Made by a program: the position numbers and the translations under genes. The notes below the pieces were generated by a model. It was not told the DNA's origin, ran no database searches, and saw nothing but the letters and a program-made list of their open reading frames with translations. 64,000 bases of DNA from Candidatus Woesearchaeota archaeon (GTDB lineage Archaea; Nanobdellota; Nanobdellia; Woesearchaeales; JACPJR01). The DNA lies in assembly GCA_016187565.1 (NCBI GenBank), contig JACPJR010000026.1, positions 44,232 through 108,231 of the forward strand. The letters run 5' to 3'. Every line of letters begins with the position of its first letter. The first letter of the stretch is position 1. Below, piece by piece: positions 48,865-58,501 of the stretch.

Positions 48865-49758
48865 TCACTTGGCATATCTATAATACATTTTCAAATATCT
48901 CTTTACTAAAGATTGTACAAAAATATAGTCTTTGTTCTTCGTCTGGCTTCTCTCGAGAGCGTTATAATAACTGTTTCGGTTTGTATACTCAATGTTTAAC
49001 ATCGGATAGCTGTGCTTATGCAATACAAAATTCATCATTAATCTTGAAATTCTTCCATTACCATCGCTAAATGGATGGATAGTTACAAATTTCAAATGAA
49101 CCAACGAAGCCAAGACTACGGGGTTTAGTTTACTTTTATTTTTATGGTACCAGCTACAAAAATCATGGAGCAAAATATCAAGCTCTGCTGGGAATGGTAG
49201 TTCTACTTTGCTTCGAGCAATAGCTACTTGATGCTTTCTTATTACCCCTGCAATATCAGGCTTGGTGTCTTGTAAAAGTAGCTTGTGCCAATAAAGTACC
49301 GTAGACAGACTTAAATCTTTCTTAGAGTCTAGCATTTCATAGAAAACTTTCCTATGAGCTTCTGCTTCTTTCACATCCTCTAGAGGCTTATTTCTGGGCG
49401 TTATGTGTTGCTGTAACAAATCAGCCGTTTCTTTCAACGACAGTGTACTACCCTCTATTCTGTTGGTGTTATACGTAAATCTAATCATAAATGATTCAAT
49501 GTGCTGTTCTCTCGCAGAAGGGGGATAGGTAGAGAAATCCTCGCTAAATTTCTTCTGAATACTCTCAAGATTTTCGTTAAATTTCTCTAAGAATAGCTCG
49601 TGCATGAATTTTTCTTTAATTAATGCTGTATTCTTAGGCTCTTCAGAACCAAGATACTTTCTTTTGTTCCTAAATCTCTTACCTTCTCTGATGGTGTGTT
49701 CGAGATAATAATAAGTCTTACCTTTAACTGTTCTTATCCTCAGGTTCACCATAAACAC
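48865..49758 (-). CDS. Fic/DOC-family protein (putative AMPylase)
   Basis: Fic motif HPFSDGNGRISR; 297 aa. Confidence 0.8.
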   Translation of the reverse strand: MFMVNLRIRTVKGKTYYYLEHTIREGKRFRNKRKYLGSEEPKNTALIKEKFMHELFLEKFNENLESIQKKFSEDFSTYPPSAREQHIESFMIRFTYNTNRIEGSTLSLKETADLLQQHITPRNKPLEDVKEAEAHRKVFYEMLDSKKDLSLSTVLYWHKLLLQDTKPDIAGVIRKHQVAIARSKVELPFPAELDILLHDFCSWYHKNKSKLNPVVLASLVHLKFVTIHPFSDGNGRISRLMMNFVLHKHSYPMLNIEYTNRNSYYNALERSQTKNKDYIFVQSLVKRYLKMYYRYAK

Positions 49759-49855
49759 AGGTATGCGTCACAAATATATAAATCTTGCTATTTTCATCAA
49801 AAAGTGACGTATAAGCATATTCCTGCTTCAAGATTTGTCCTGGAGAAGCATCATT

Positions 49856-52153
49856 TTAATCACAAGGTGGTCCTGGATGTGCACAATGTGTAGCAGGATC
49901 AGTAGCACTTACCGCAGCTGCTGTTGCAGTAGGATCAGGAGGTGGATCTACAGCAGTATGATCTAATGCAGCCCTCTCTTGAGCTTGTCGTTTCCAGTCA
50001 TCTCTTTCCTCTTGGGTTGGTGGATCTTTTGGTACCTCATTATAGTCCACAGGAAGTTTATCAAAGCTATAGATTTCTTCTCCACCCCATATAGCTGCAT
50101 AGGGACCTGTAGGGTAACTATCACTATCTGTGTAATAATATTTACCTTCTTTAACTCTTACCTCGTAATACTTTCCATCTGGCTGCTTGATGTACAGAGA
50201 ATTAAACTCCAAATCGCCAAACAGATCATCAAGACCAACAGCATCGGGAAGTCCAGAGTTGATGGTAATTATGTCATTCTCTGTCCTTGTCCATTCTTTT
50301 CTTGCTTCTCCTGGAGAGTTGCGGGTTTCAGCGCCAGTCTCTCCATCTGGAGCTGGTTCAGCACTTTCTTCTGCTTCGTCCTTTGTTGCATCAGCACTTA
50401 CTGCTGCTGCCTCAGGAGCACCACTCGTACCTGCAGCAGTGTCAATCGCATACCATCCATCTGGTTTCAGGGTACCTAAATCAATTGGAAATGTAACTAA
50501 CTTATTTTTATCGTTGTCCCATGCGGTTACGTCGTTGAACAGAGTTGTGGAAGTGGGATCAACACTCACTCTCATTTGATTTAGGTCATTGATGCTGGCT
50601 ATTTGACCGCCTCCTTTATTCTTACCAAGAGCGTCAAGAGGTTCTGTGGAGAAGGAGACCTGTGTTGTTGATGTTGGTTGTTTTTTTTCAGGATCTTGCG
50701 TTGTCCCTACCCATAAAGGTTGCTTATCAGGTATTCTGTTGTCATACTCGTAGAATAGCTCCTGGTTGTCAACATTGACTCTAGCTAGATCCTCTACATG
50801 ATTCTCTTCAAAGTCAAACTCTTCTGTTGTTGCCAATTGTACCTTTTGTCCTTCAATGCTGGTGTAGAGGTCTTTATACATTCCCTCTACTGCGATATCG
50901 CTCTCACCCTTCTTTTGCGTTACCTTTCCTTGTCCCAGAAGCACAGTTTCAGTGCCGGTGAAAATTGCGACTGGAGTATTTTCATCCGTTCTGAGAGTCT
51001 CTATTGCAGTTACATCTCCGTTCAAAGCCTTCTCTCCGTCAGAACCTTCTTCAACGCCAAAGAGAACCCGGAGCCCATGGTCGGGGGCATTCTCAAACCG
51101 CGTAGCCGTACCTGAAAGAGCATCGGTAGCATATGCATCACCATCTTTAATGGTTGTTTCAGTCAACGCTTGAAGTCCTTGTCGGTCACTAAATCGAATT
51201 CCAAAGTAGTTTCCTTTTCCTTTCACATCGTATTTTTTTCCATTAACCTCTGTCAGAAAGGTGAATTCAACATCCAGTGTAGAGACAATAAGATTCGCGT
51301 CAGGATTAAACGTGACCGTGGCATCATTCTTCCCGGGCTGTGCCATAATATAATCACTTTCCCGGTTAGTAAACAATTTACCTTGGATTTTCCAGTTGCT
51401 CCCTTGAGCTAATGAAAAATGTCCTTCCACGAATTCAAATCTGACTGCAGGGTGGTCAGATTCTCCTTCTACTCTACGATACGTCACCCCATCTCGGGTA
51501 ACTGTTCCAACTCCATTAATAATAAACTGATCACCTTCTAAGGTCATTGATGCTCCAGGTTCACCTCTAAATACACTATCCGTGCCTGCTACAGGAACCG
51601 TGACTTTTCCTCCTTTATCAGCGAATGTTACCTTAATTGAGTCCCCCTGCTCAGGATATCCCTCGTTAACGACAGTAATCATTGCTGCACTGTCAAACTC
51701 ACAGGTCTTTCCTTGATAGATACTCTGACAATATTTCTCGGCAATGGTTTTATCTTTCTCAGCAGTCATACCATCTGGGAATAAGGTTGATGAGGTTAGG
51801 TAGTTGTGTGCATTATTGAGGGTGTTGTCTGTGTAGGTCTCACCACTATCACTGCTTTCCAAATATCGTTGAAAGAGATCCTTATTGCTCTCACTGACCT
51901 CGGGTTTATTTTCAAAATAGGTCTTTGCATAGTCTCCTTTATAGTTGGCTGTTAACCATTTCGGACAACTCTCTGGGTTAGTTTCACACCAGGTACTAAA
52001 ATCTTCAACATTTTCACCAGTAAATTGTTGGTTTCCATCGTCAGAGTCACCCCCCCCGACATCTGTTTCTGCAGAGATGAGGGGTGAGAACACCACTAAC
52101 ACTACAAGTAACGTTATCCATAATGGTATCATCATTTGTTTCATCGTTATCAA
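49856..52153 (-). CDS. Large secreted protein (operon member H), Cys-containing C-terminus
   Basis: Signal peptide MITMKQMMIPLWITLLVVLVVFSPLISA. 765 aa. Pro/Ala/Thr-rich C-terminal tail ending CAHPGPPCD. G8 homopolymer near the 5' end. Confidence 0.6.
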   Translation of the reverse strand: MITMKQMMIPLWITLLVVLVVFSPLISAETDVGGGDSDDGNQQFTGENVEDFSTWCETNPESCPKWLTANYKGDYAKTYFENKPEVSESNKDLFQRYLESSDSGETYTDNTLNNAHNYLTSSTLFPDGMTAEKDKTIAEKYCQSIYQGKTCEFDSAAMITVVNEGYPEQGDSIKVTFADKGGKVTVPVAGTDSVFRGEPGASMTLEGDQFIINGVGTVTRDGVTYRRVEGESDHPAVRFEFVEGHFSLAQGSNWKIQGKLFTNRESDYIMAQPGKNDATVTFNPDANLIVSTLDVEFTFLTEVNGKKYDVKGKGNYFGIRFSDRQGLQALTETTIKDGDAYATDALSGTATRFENAPDHGLRVLFGVEEGSDGEKALNGDVTAIETLRTDENTPVAIFTGTETVLLGQGKVTQKKGESDIAVEGMYKDLYTSIEGQKVQLATTEEFDFEENHVEDLARVNVDNQELFYEYDNRIPDKQPLWVGTTQDPEKKQPTSTTQVSFSTEPLDALGKNKGGGQIASINDLNQMRVSVDPTSTTLFNDVTAWDNDKNKLVTFPIDLGTLKPDGWYAIDTAAGTSGAPEAAAVSADATKDEAEESAEPAPDGETGAETRNSPGEARKEWTRTENDIITINSGLPDAVGLDDLFGDLEFNSLYIKQPDGKYYEVRVKEGKYYYTDSDSYPTGPYAAIWGGEEIYSFDKLPVDYNEVPKDPPTQEERDDWKRQAQERAALDHTAVDPPPDPTATAAAVSATDPATHCAHPGPPCD

Positions 52154-53181
52154 CCGGTTACATTAATCATAAGCATGATAAAGTCTGAGGCATTCAAGGG
52201 ATCGGTAACCGTCACAATAGGTGTGTAAAGACCGGACTCAGTAGGGGTAAAGCTCACCATTCCCTCAGCATTAATCGTTGCTTGGTCATCGAGAATTGCA
52301 TAGGTTAAGGGATCATGGTCAGGATCAACCGCAGTGATGTTCAGAAGAATTAAGCCAAGCGGTGCTTCATGGTATGGTTCTATGGTAATGATAGGCGCTC
52401 TGTTTCCTAGGCCAGGCTGCATCTGGACGGCAAAACTAAATTGTAACGGATAACCATTCAGTTGCGTGGTGTCCTCTCGTATGGTGACTACCTTCTCATA
52501 GGTGTCAAGATGATACACCGCTACATCTACGGGTTGTGCGGCAATACCGCTTAAGTCTATCATAGTGGGATCTGCAGCAAAGAGATCAACAACAGCATGC
52601 CCGACCGTAAGGACCTTGCCAAGAGGAACTGGAACAAGAACATTAAATGCATCTATCTGCTGCTCATTTCCTGGCGTAGCAATGGTGAGGGGGAATTGTG
52701 TCTGTACAAGGACATCTTCTTCACGGATTTGTACCGTGCTCTGCAAGGTTCCATAATTTGTAATGTTGTATCCCGGCAGGTTGTCTTCTAAGGCAAGAAT
52801 ACAGGAAAGGGCGAATTGATCAACATAGTCGGCAATCTGCTGGGCGATGAGCGTCGTAGAGGGTGAAATATCATTTCCCTGGTAAAACCAGTAAGAGGTG
52901 TTGGCGTAGAAGGTTGCAAGGGTTGGGATAGAAGGAGGAATCCAGATATAGCCTCCTTGAAATCCTGAGAAAAAAAGAGCATTCTTCGCTTCATTGCTCA
53001 GACAAGATTCCACATAGACCTGGGCAGTTGGCGCAACAACCAGTGATTCTTGCGCCTGTTCTTGTTGCTTTTTGGTTTCAGTGGTTGTTTTTCCTTTCGT
53101 GAGCGTAAATAAGGTACCAACCACAATAACGAGAACAATACCCACTATCAAGAACAAGGTTATTTGACCCTTTGTACTCAT
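52150..53181 (-). CDS. Type IV pilin-like protein with class III signal peptide and cadherin/Big-like C-terminal domain
   Basis: MSTKGQITLFLIVGIVLVIVVGTLF matches the archaeal prepilin motif (K-G-Q then hydrophobic helix). C-terminal DPDHDPLTYAILDDQATINAEG resembles cadherin-like repeats. Confidence 0.6.
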   Translation of the reverse strand: MSTKGQITLFLIVGIVLVIVVGTLFTLTKGKTTTETKKQQEQAQESLVVAPTAQVYVESCLSNEAKNALFFSGFQGGYIWIPPSIPTLATFYANTSYWFYQGNDISPSTTLIAQQIADYVDQFALSCILALEDNLPGYNITNYGTLQSTVQIREEDVLVQTQFPLTIATPGNEQQIDAFNVLVPVPLGKVLTVGHAVVDLFAADPTMIDLSGIAAQPVDVAVYHLDTYEKVVTIREDTTQLNGYPLQFSFAVQMQPGLGNRAPIITIEPYHEAPLGLILLNITAVDPDHDPLTYAILDDQATINAEGMVSFTPTESGLYTPIVTVTDPLNASDFIMLMINVTG

Positions 53182-54032
53182 GCGTTAGCCTCTTTTGTGG
53201 TTATTTTTTGAGATATAGAGCCAGAGCTTCCTTTTATACCTTTTGGTTTTATGGACTTTGTTTTGATTGTTATTCTGCTCGATGCCACTGTGGTGATGAC
53301 TTGGATGAAAAACAGCCGTGCCCAATCCAGATAGGCAAGGAACAGAAGAGCAATACAACCATACCATACGCCTGCTGGCAGTCCTTGCAAGGCAAAGATG
53401 AGAATGAAGAGCAGTACACCACCAACGCTTATAATTATAAGAGGGATAATAAATCGATGGATCTTGAAGAGCACGTGCATACTCTGAGCGAGTGATTTTT
53501 TGATCTGTTGTGGATCAAGAAGTGTGGAGAGAATGACCGTACCATAAACGTAAAGCGGGAGAAGGATGTACACCATGGTCCAGAAGAAGGCTTGTTCCTG
53601 TTGGATGGTGAGTAAGAGCAACAGAAACATTGCCCATAAAAGAAACCAGCCGGTCTTCATAAGAAAGAGCACACTGAAAAAACGTGCAGTATAGCGTTGT
53701 TGCATACAGTAGCGATAGATCCATCCCTTGATAATGGAGGAGAGCAAGAGAGTAGCAAGGATTGTCAAGAGCGTGATAAAGACAAATCGATAGGCTATCC
53801 CTTGCACAAAGGTAAGTAAGAGAGCAGGATCGTCAAACTGTCCAGGTTCTGTATTGAGAATGCCTGCACTATACGTGAGATAGCCATACCAAAGCAAGGC
53901 AATGAGGATGACATACACCAGATCAAGAGCAAGACCAACAAGTAACTGCTTTCCATCAAAACTCTTCTTGAGTTCTTTGAGGGCAAGAAGATCTCCAAGG
54001 CGAGAGGTGTTAAGGAATGGTGCGCTCATCAT
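53178..54032 (-). CDS. Polytopic membrane protein (operon member)
   Basis: ~8 TM helices. Start placed at an internal Met to avoid a 77-nt overlap. Confidence 0.5.
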   Translation of the reverse strand: MMSAPFLNTSRLGDLLALKELKKSFDGKQLLVGLALDLVYVILIALLWYGYLTYSAGILNTEPGQFDDPALLLTFVQGIAYRFVFITLLTILATLLLSSIIKGWIYRYCMQQRYTARFFSVLFLMKTGWFLLWAMFLLLLLTIQQEQAFFWTMVYILLPLYVYGTVILSTLLDPQQIKKSLAQSMHVLFKIHRFIIPLIIISVGGVLLFILIFALQGLPAGVWYGCIALLFLAYLDWARLFFIQVITTVASSRITIKTKSIKPKGIKGSSGSISQKITTKEANA

Positions 54033-54951
54033 CACTACCTCCACCGTCACCCGGCCCAATATCTGGCGCTTCCCCTTGTGGAGCACTATAACTTAACATT
54101 CCTTCAACAAACTCATCCTGGTTAAGCAGAGGAACACAGACAGGATCTTCAATATCTTCCGCAGTATAACTTGCAGCCAAGTCTGGATTGTAATCTTCAA
54201 TATACCGGACACAGAGATCAGTCCAGTATGGCTGGTCTTGAGCAACATTTTTGTCACTATAACTACTCGAGGTTTCATTCAGATAAAACTGGAAGAATCC
54301 ACTTGCAGCTCCCTGCTGATTTCTGAGAAGGGTTCCACTCTTATTGATGACTGCATAGGTATTGGGGATGTTTCTGTTTTTCAAGTAAAGAGTAAAGTAG
54401 ATGCTATCTCCGAGAGACCAGTCGAGTTTGTAGGAAAAGGTATCATCTCCTGTTTGGTAGTACCATTCTCCTGCAAGATAAACTGCATAGCGTCCAAATC
54501 CCTGGGAATCAACACGAAGCATTGCATCTTCAGGCACTCCTAAACCAAAATCAGACTTCTGGCACATCCACAATTCCCAGACAAAAGGATCTGCAAAATC
54601 ATAAGGAAGTCGCCGTTCTTTTTCATAGTCAGTCCATCCGAGTTTTTCAGCAAGGTAGATTGAACTTGGATCTGGGGTTCGGAAAAATTGTTGTCCAGAA
54701 GGAACGCCAACCCCACCAAAGATGAAATTACACCATCCAGACCAACCTCTGTCTGAACCCTCAGTTGGAGCTGAACACGCTTTATCAGAGTGTACTACTG
54801 GACTTACGGTTGTTCCTATCCCTGCGTCTCCTCTTGTCTCCCCTTCATCCGGCCTATCACCTGTCCCTTCCACCCCTTGTGGTAGCACCAAGAGTATGCT
54901 TGTTGCTACTACTATCATCACCACTATGTTGAGGTATGCTCTGGAGTTCAT
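54010..54951 (-). CDS. Secreted protein with C-terminal PDIGPG-Gly-rich motif
   Basis: Signal peptide IVVMIVVATSILLVLPQGVEG; Trp/Tyr-rich beta domain; ends ...APDIGPGDGGGSDDERTIP. Confidence 0.55.
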   Translation of the reverse strand: MNSRAYLNIVVMIVVATSILLVLPQGVEGTGDRPDEGETRGDAGIGTTVSPVVHSDKACSAPTEGSDRGWSGWCNFIFGGVGVPSGQQFFRTPDPSSIYLAEKLGWTDYEKERRLPYDFADPFVWELWMCQKSDFGLGVPEDAMLRVDSQGFGRYAVYLAGEWYYQTGDDTFSYKLDWSLGDSIYFTLYLKNRNIPNTYAVINKSGTLLRNQQGAASGFFQFYLNETSSSYSDKNVAQDQPYWTDLCVRYIEDYNPDLAASYTAEDIEDPVCVPLLNQDEFVEGMLSYSAPQGEAPDIGPGDGGGSDDERTIP

Positions 54952-54957
54952 GTTGTC

Positions 54958-57900
54958 TCACCCTGAAGGCCCAATGTCTGGCCCTCCACCTTCTTCTCCT
55001 CCTTCTTGATCTTCTTCACGCTTTTCAAGGGCATCAAGGACTTCCTTGACATCTTCTTGGCCACAGATATCATCTTCTCCTTTGAACATGTTCTTGAAAC
55101 TATCTGCTTTAAAGATTGATGCAATATTGTTGGTGTAGCTTTCATGATCGGCAAAGGTCATATAGGAATCAAAAAGAGCACAGCCCATGTTGGTGATGGT
55201 CATGGGATTCTCTAAGGTAGATGCCTTACAGACCGGCGTACTTAGTTGCGTATTATAGTCAGCACAGACAAATCCTCGAGCCTGTTGGATTGCAAACGCC
55301 GTAGGATGGTTAAGAATGGTTTGCACCCACTCAGCCATTCGTTCAAGGACAAGAAAGGCACCAAAGCTGCGGGCAATACTTCCCCAGGTATAGACACATT
55401 GCGCAATCGCTAATCCTTCTTCACAACTGGCAAATCGCTGTAATCCGCTCTTGCTCTGCTCAGCCATACAATCAACATAGGCACATTCAAGTTGCTGTAG
55501 TCTATTGAGATGGTAGATAATGCCAGGCACACAAAAACAGCCAATACTTACAATAATACTGTCCTCTGGCCGTGGATATGCAGAAAAGGCATTTCGTAGA
55601 TCTTCGGTAGTAGGAATGGGTCGTACATTCTTTTCTGTCCCTGTTTTTTCCTGAGCGGAGTCTGTTATTTGTTTATCAAATGGTAAGAATGTTTCAGGGT
55701 CAAAGAGATAATCACTTCCAGGAAATCTGTTCCATGTATACCCCTCACTGTCAACTTCCCCACCCCAGAGATTCGTTTGTGGATTAGGATCACATTGCGC
55801 ACAACTCACCGCAGCACAGGCCTGTTTGAGAAACTTACCTCCACCTGTTGGTTCACCAGATGACTCTTTTCCAAATAATTTTCCAATGCTCGTCAGTTTC
55901 GTACTCTGAATATTACACATAATCTCATTATACTTGTCCCAAAGGTTTTGTGCAGCCGGAGGATCAAAGGCATAAATAACCCCGCTGATGGCATAGACAA
56001 CTGCTCTGGTCTGGGCCATGAGTTTGTACAGTGCAGACAGTACACCTTCCAACTCGCAGATATTATTGAGAATGGTAAAGAGTTTATTGAGCCCATTGAC
56101 CCATTCTTGCCCTGCACGAACCCAATGCCTATGTTCATTAATCTTGTCCAAAAACGCATCATCAACACTATCTAAAGGAACATTATAGATCTGGACCGCA
56201 AAACTCACGTTCTCAAGCTCTGGATTTCTCAGAGCCTGTTCTTGATAGATATAGTCGAGGTAGAAGATACAATCAAAGGGAACCTCTGGGCCGATCTCAG
56301 AGAAATCCGTTGTTTTGAAATCAATCCGCAATACTGCAGTCCATTCGTCTAAGGAAGGATCATATACCGGATCAGCATAGAGATAGGGCTCGTCAGAAAA
56401 TTCAGAGGCGTAATTACATTGTTCTCTGACGACTGCCTTGAGATCATCTCCGTTAATGCTTGCTCCTGCTTTCTCCCTAAGATGCACGACGGCAAATGCC
56501 TTCAGCGGAAAGCGTTGCGCAGTTAATGCATCTAATTTGTAGTTGTCCGGAATAAAGGAAACCGTGTTGGTAAAATGGTCAGGAAATTCCTCAGTAGAAA
56601 CACCATAGATCCTGAGCGTTGTTTCTTGGGTTGCCGTGTTGCCCACCATATCACTGATAGAAAATTTCACACTCACCTCTCCGCTTGTTGCTCGTACATC
56701 AGTAATCGTCCAGGTACAGGTTTGCGTATTGTTAATGGTCTTAGGACTGCATTGATCTGCAGGGATCTTAATCGCTCCTGGTTTAATCCGTGAAAAATCT
56801 CCAGAGGTAGTACTGCCATCTTCAGCTACCTGACTGTGGATTTCTTCAATCTCGGCAGTAAAGAGTAGGGTATCACCATCCTTAAAATAGTCCTTTCCTT
56901 CATCGGTTGCTACGGTAATGCTGAGAATTTCTGGTGGCGTTTCATCATACACGAAGCTTCCTCGAATTTCGCCTTCAATAGGATTACCAGCATCATCCTG
57001 CGAAGGGGTGGTGAGAAAGATATCAACCGTTCTTCCACTCACTAAGGAAACTCCCTTTCGCAGATTATACCAACGGCAGCTCCAGAGTTCGCCTGCTGCC
57101 GTGCAATCATTACTTCCAACCCGTTGCCAGGCGCTTCCCATAAAGCCACTTAAATCTACGGTTACATAATGCACCTCTTGATTATTGATGCTCATGGTCT
57201 TGGTAAATCCTGCGCCAGGAGATTGCAGGACTATGGTAAGATTATTGCTATCAGGTCCTAAGAAACATGCCTCGTTAATGCACATGCCGCTTTGAATTCC
57301 CAAACCTTCAGGTCCGCTATCATCAATGGTAAAGGTGACGGTCTGTTCTGCAGCGACGTTATTCCCTCCAACATCAGTCAGATTAAAACGCAAGACAGCA
57401 CTCTCGCTGTTCATCTTCAAATGGATGCGCTCAAAGGTACAGGTGTAGGTTTCTTCACTGGTCTCACAATCAACCTGGATTCCTGCGCCACTATTGGGAA
57501 AGGGAATTGCTTTATAGCTCTCGGCAAAGCTTCGGTCATCATTAAGATAAGAGAGATCAGCAATACTTTCGACAAGATTTTCTTCCCTAAAGACGACTTC
57601 AACATCAACGACTTGTTCTCGGTTCCCTTCTAAGGAGATGTATCGTACTTCTTCGCCAGACTGATCATCCAGTATGCTAACGCTTTCCAATGCAGGGTCC
57701 TCAAGATCAATAGTATAGCGTATATGATCGCTCTCGGTTGCTTGACTAAAGAGATCATAAACTCTAACGTACAGATCAGTTTCTCCTGAGGTAACACCGT
57801 CAAGAACAAGCCCGGTTGCATAGCTGCAATTTTGGGTATTGGGACGATCAAGACCAACAACATCACCATTCGCATAGATCTCAAGATACGAAATGCCTGT

Positions 57901-58482
57901 ACATTTTCCTTCACATTCAGGATCTTGGCATGCAGTATCAGCAACAGAGATATTTGCTGTTACTTTTTTGTTTCCCTGGGTGATATTAAAGAGGGTTATG
58001 GTTGGAGGAAGCTCTTCAGGATAGACCATAACAGGACCAAAGACATCAAGCGGATCACTGACACCGGGAGTAAAATAATAAAAGGTAAATCCATAGGGAT
58101 CCTCAGGAATAAAACTGGAGTCCGTACACGTACATTCTTGGCCAACAACAGTTGGGCTGGAATAAGCTGCACAGGAAGTACCTCCATTACAAAAGTTGCG
58201 ACCAAAAACAACATTGTTTACCTTAATCTGGTCTGGCTCAACAGTATCATTGGTTTCAACAATGACCTTGTAGGTTAAGATATCATCTTGGCGATGATAT
58301 TGAGCAGTGCCATCAATACCGGTTACTGTTGCATTAAAAATAGTGTTTGGTTGAGCAAAAATCGGCGTAATCAAGGATAAACTGATGACTAAGCTTGCCA
58401 TCAACAAAGCTATACTTTTTTTGAGATCTACGGTTCTTGTGAAATCCATGATCCTTAGGGGCATAAATAAGTTTCTCCTCAA
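54958..58482 (-). CDS. Giant secreted Cys-rich protein with C-terminal GGGPDIGPSG motif
   Basis: 1174 aa. N-terminal signal/TM KSIALLMASLVISLSLITPIFA. Ig-like beta-rich N-terminal two-thirds. Cys-rich ~400-aa C-terminal domain ending EEGGGPDIGPSG. Confidence 0.65.
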   Translation of the reverse strand: MRRNLFMPLRIMDFTRTVDLKKSIALLMASLVISLSLITPIFAQPNTIFNATVTGIDGTAQYHRQDDILTYKVIVETNDTVEPDQIKVNNVVFGRNFCNGGTSCAAYSSPTVVGQECTCTDSSFIPEDPYGFTFYYFTPGVSDPLDVFGPVMVYPEELPPTITLFNITQGNKKVTANISVADTACQDPECEGKCTGISYLEIYANGDVVGLDRPNTQNCSYATGLVLDGVTSGETDLYVRVYDLFSQATESDHIRYTIDLEDPALESVSILDDQSGEEVRYISLEGNREQVVDVEVVFREENLVESIADLSYLNDDRSFAESYKAIPFPNSGAGIQVDCETSEETYTCTFERIHLKMNSESAVLRFNLTDVGGNNVAAEQTVTFTIDDSGPEGLGIQSGMCINEACFLGPDSNNLTIVLQSPGAGFTKTMSINNQEVHYVTVDLSGFMGSAWQRVGSNDCTAAGELWSCRWYNLRKGVSLVSGRTVDIFLTTPSQDDAGNPIEGEIRGSFVYDETPPEILSITVATDEGKDYFKDGDTLLFTAEIEEIHSQVAEDGSTTSGDFSRIKPGAIKIPADQCSPKTINNTQTCTWTITDVRATSGEVSVKFSISDMVGNTATQETTLRIYGVSTEEFPDHFTNTVSFIPDNYKLDALTAQRFPLKAFAVVHLREKAGASINGDDLKAVVREQCNYASEFSDEPYLYADPVYDPSLDEWTAVLRIDFKTTDFSEIGPEVPFDCIFYLDYIYQEQALRNPELENVSFAVQIYNVPLDSVDDAFLDKINEHRHWVRAGQEWVNGLNKLFTILNNICELEGVLSALYKLMAQTRAVVYAISGVIYAFDPPAAQNLWDKYNEIMCNIQSTKLTSIGKLFGKESSGEPTGGGKFLKQACAAVSCAQCDPNPQTNLWGGEVDSEGYTWNRFPGSDYLFDPETFLPFDKQITDSAQEKTGTEKNVRPIPTTEDLRNAFSAYPRPEDSIIVSIGCFCVPGIIYHLNRLQQLECAYVDCMAEQSKSGLQRFASCEEGLAIAQCVYTWGSIARSFGAFLVLERMAEWVQTILNHPTAFAIQQARGFVCADYNTQLSTPVCKASTLENPMTITNMGCALFDSYMTFADHESYTNNIASIFKADSFKNMFKGEDDICGQEDVKEVLDALEKREEDQEGGEEGGGPDIGPSG

Positions 58483-58501
58483 AAATCTTTGGTATCTTTG
58501 G

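Noticed and set aside
55893-58278. Several 60-150-aa ORFs on both strands inside the 1174-aa gene
   Set aside because: All internal to a long uninterrupted ORF with signal peptide and consistent codon usage.
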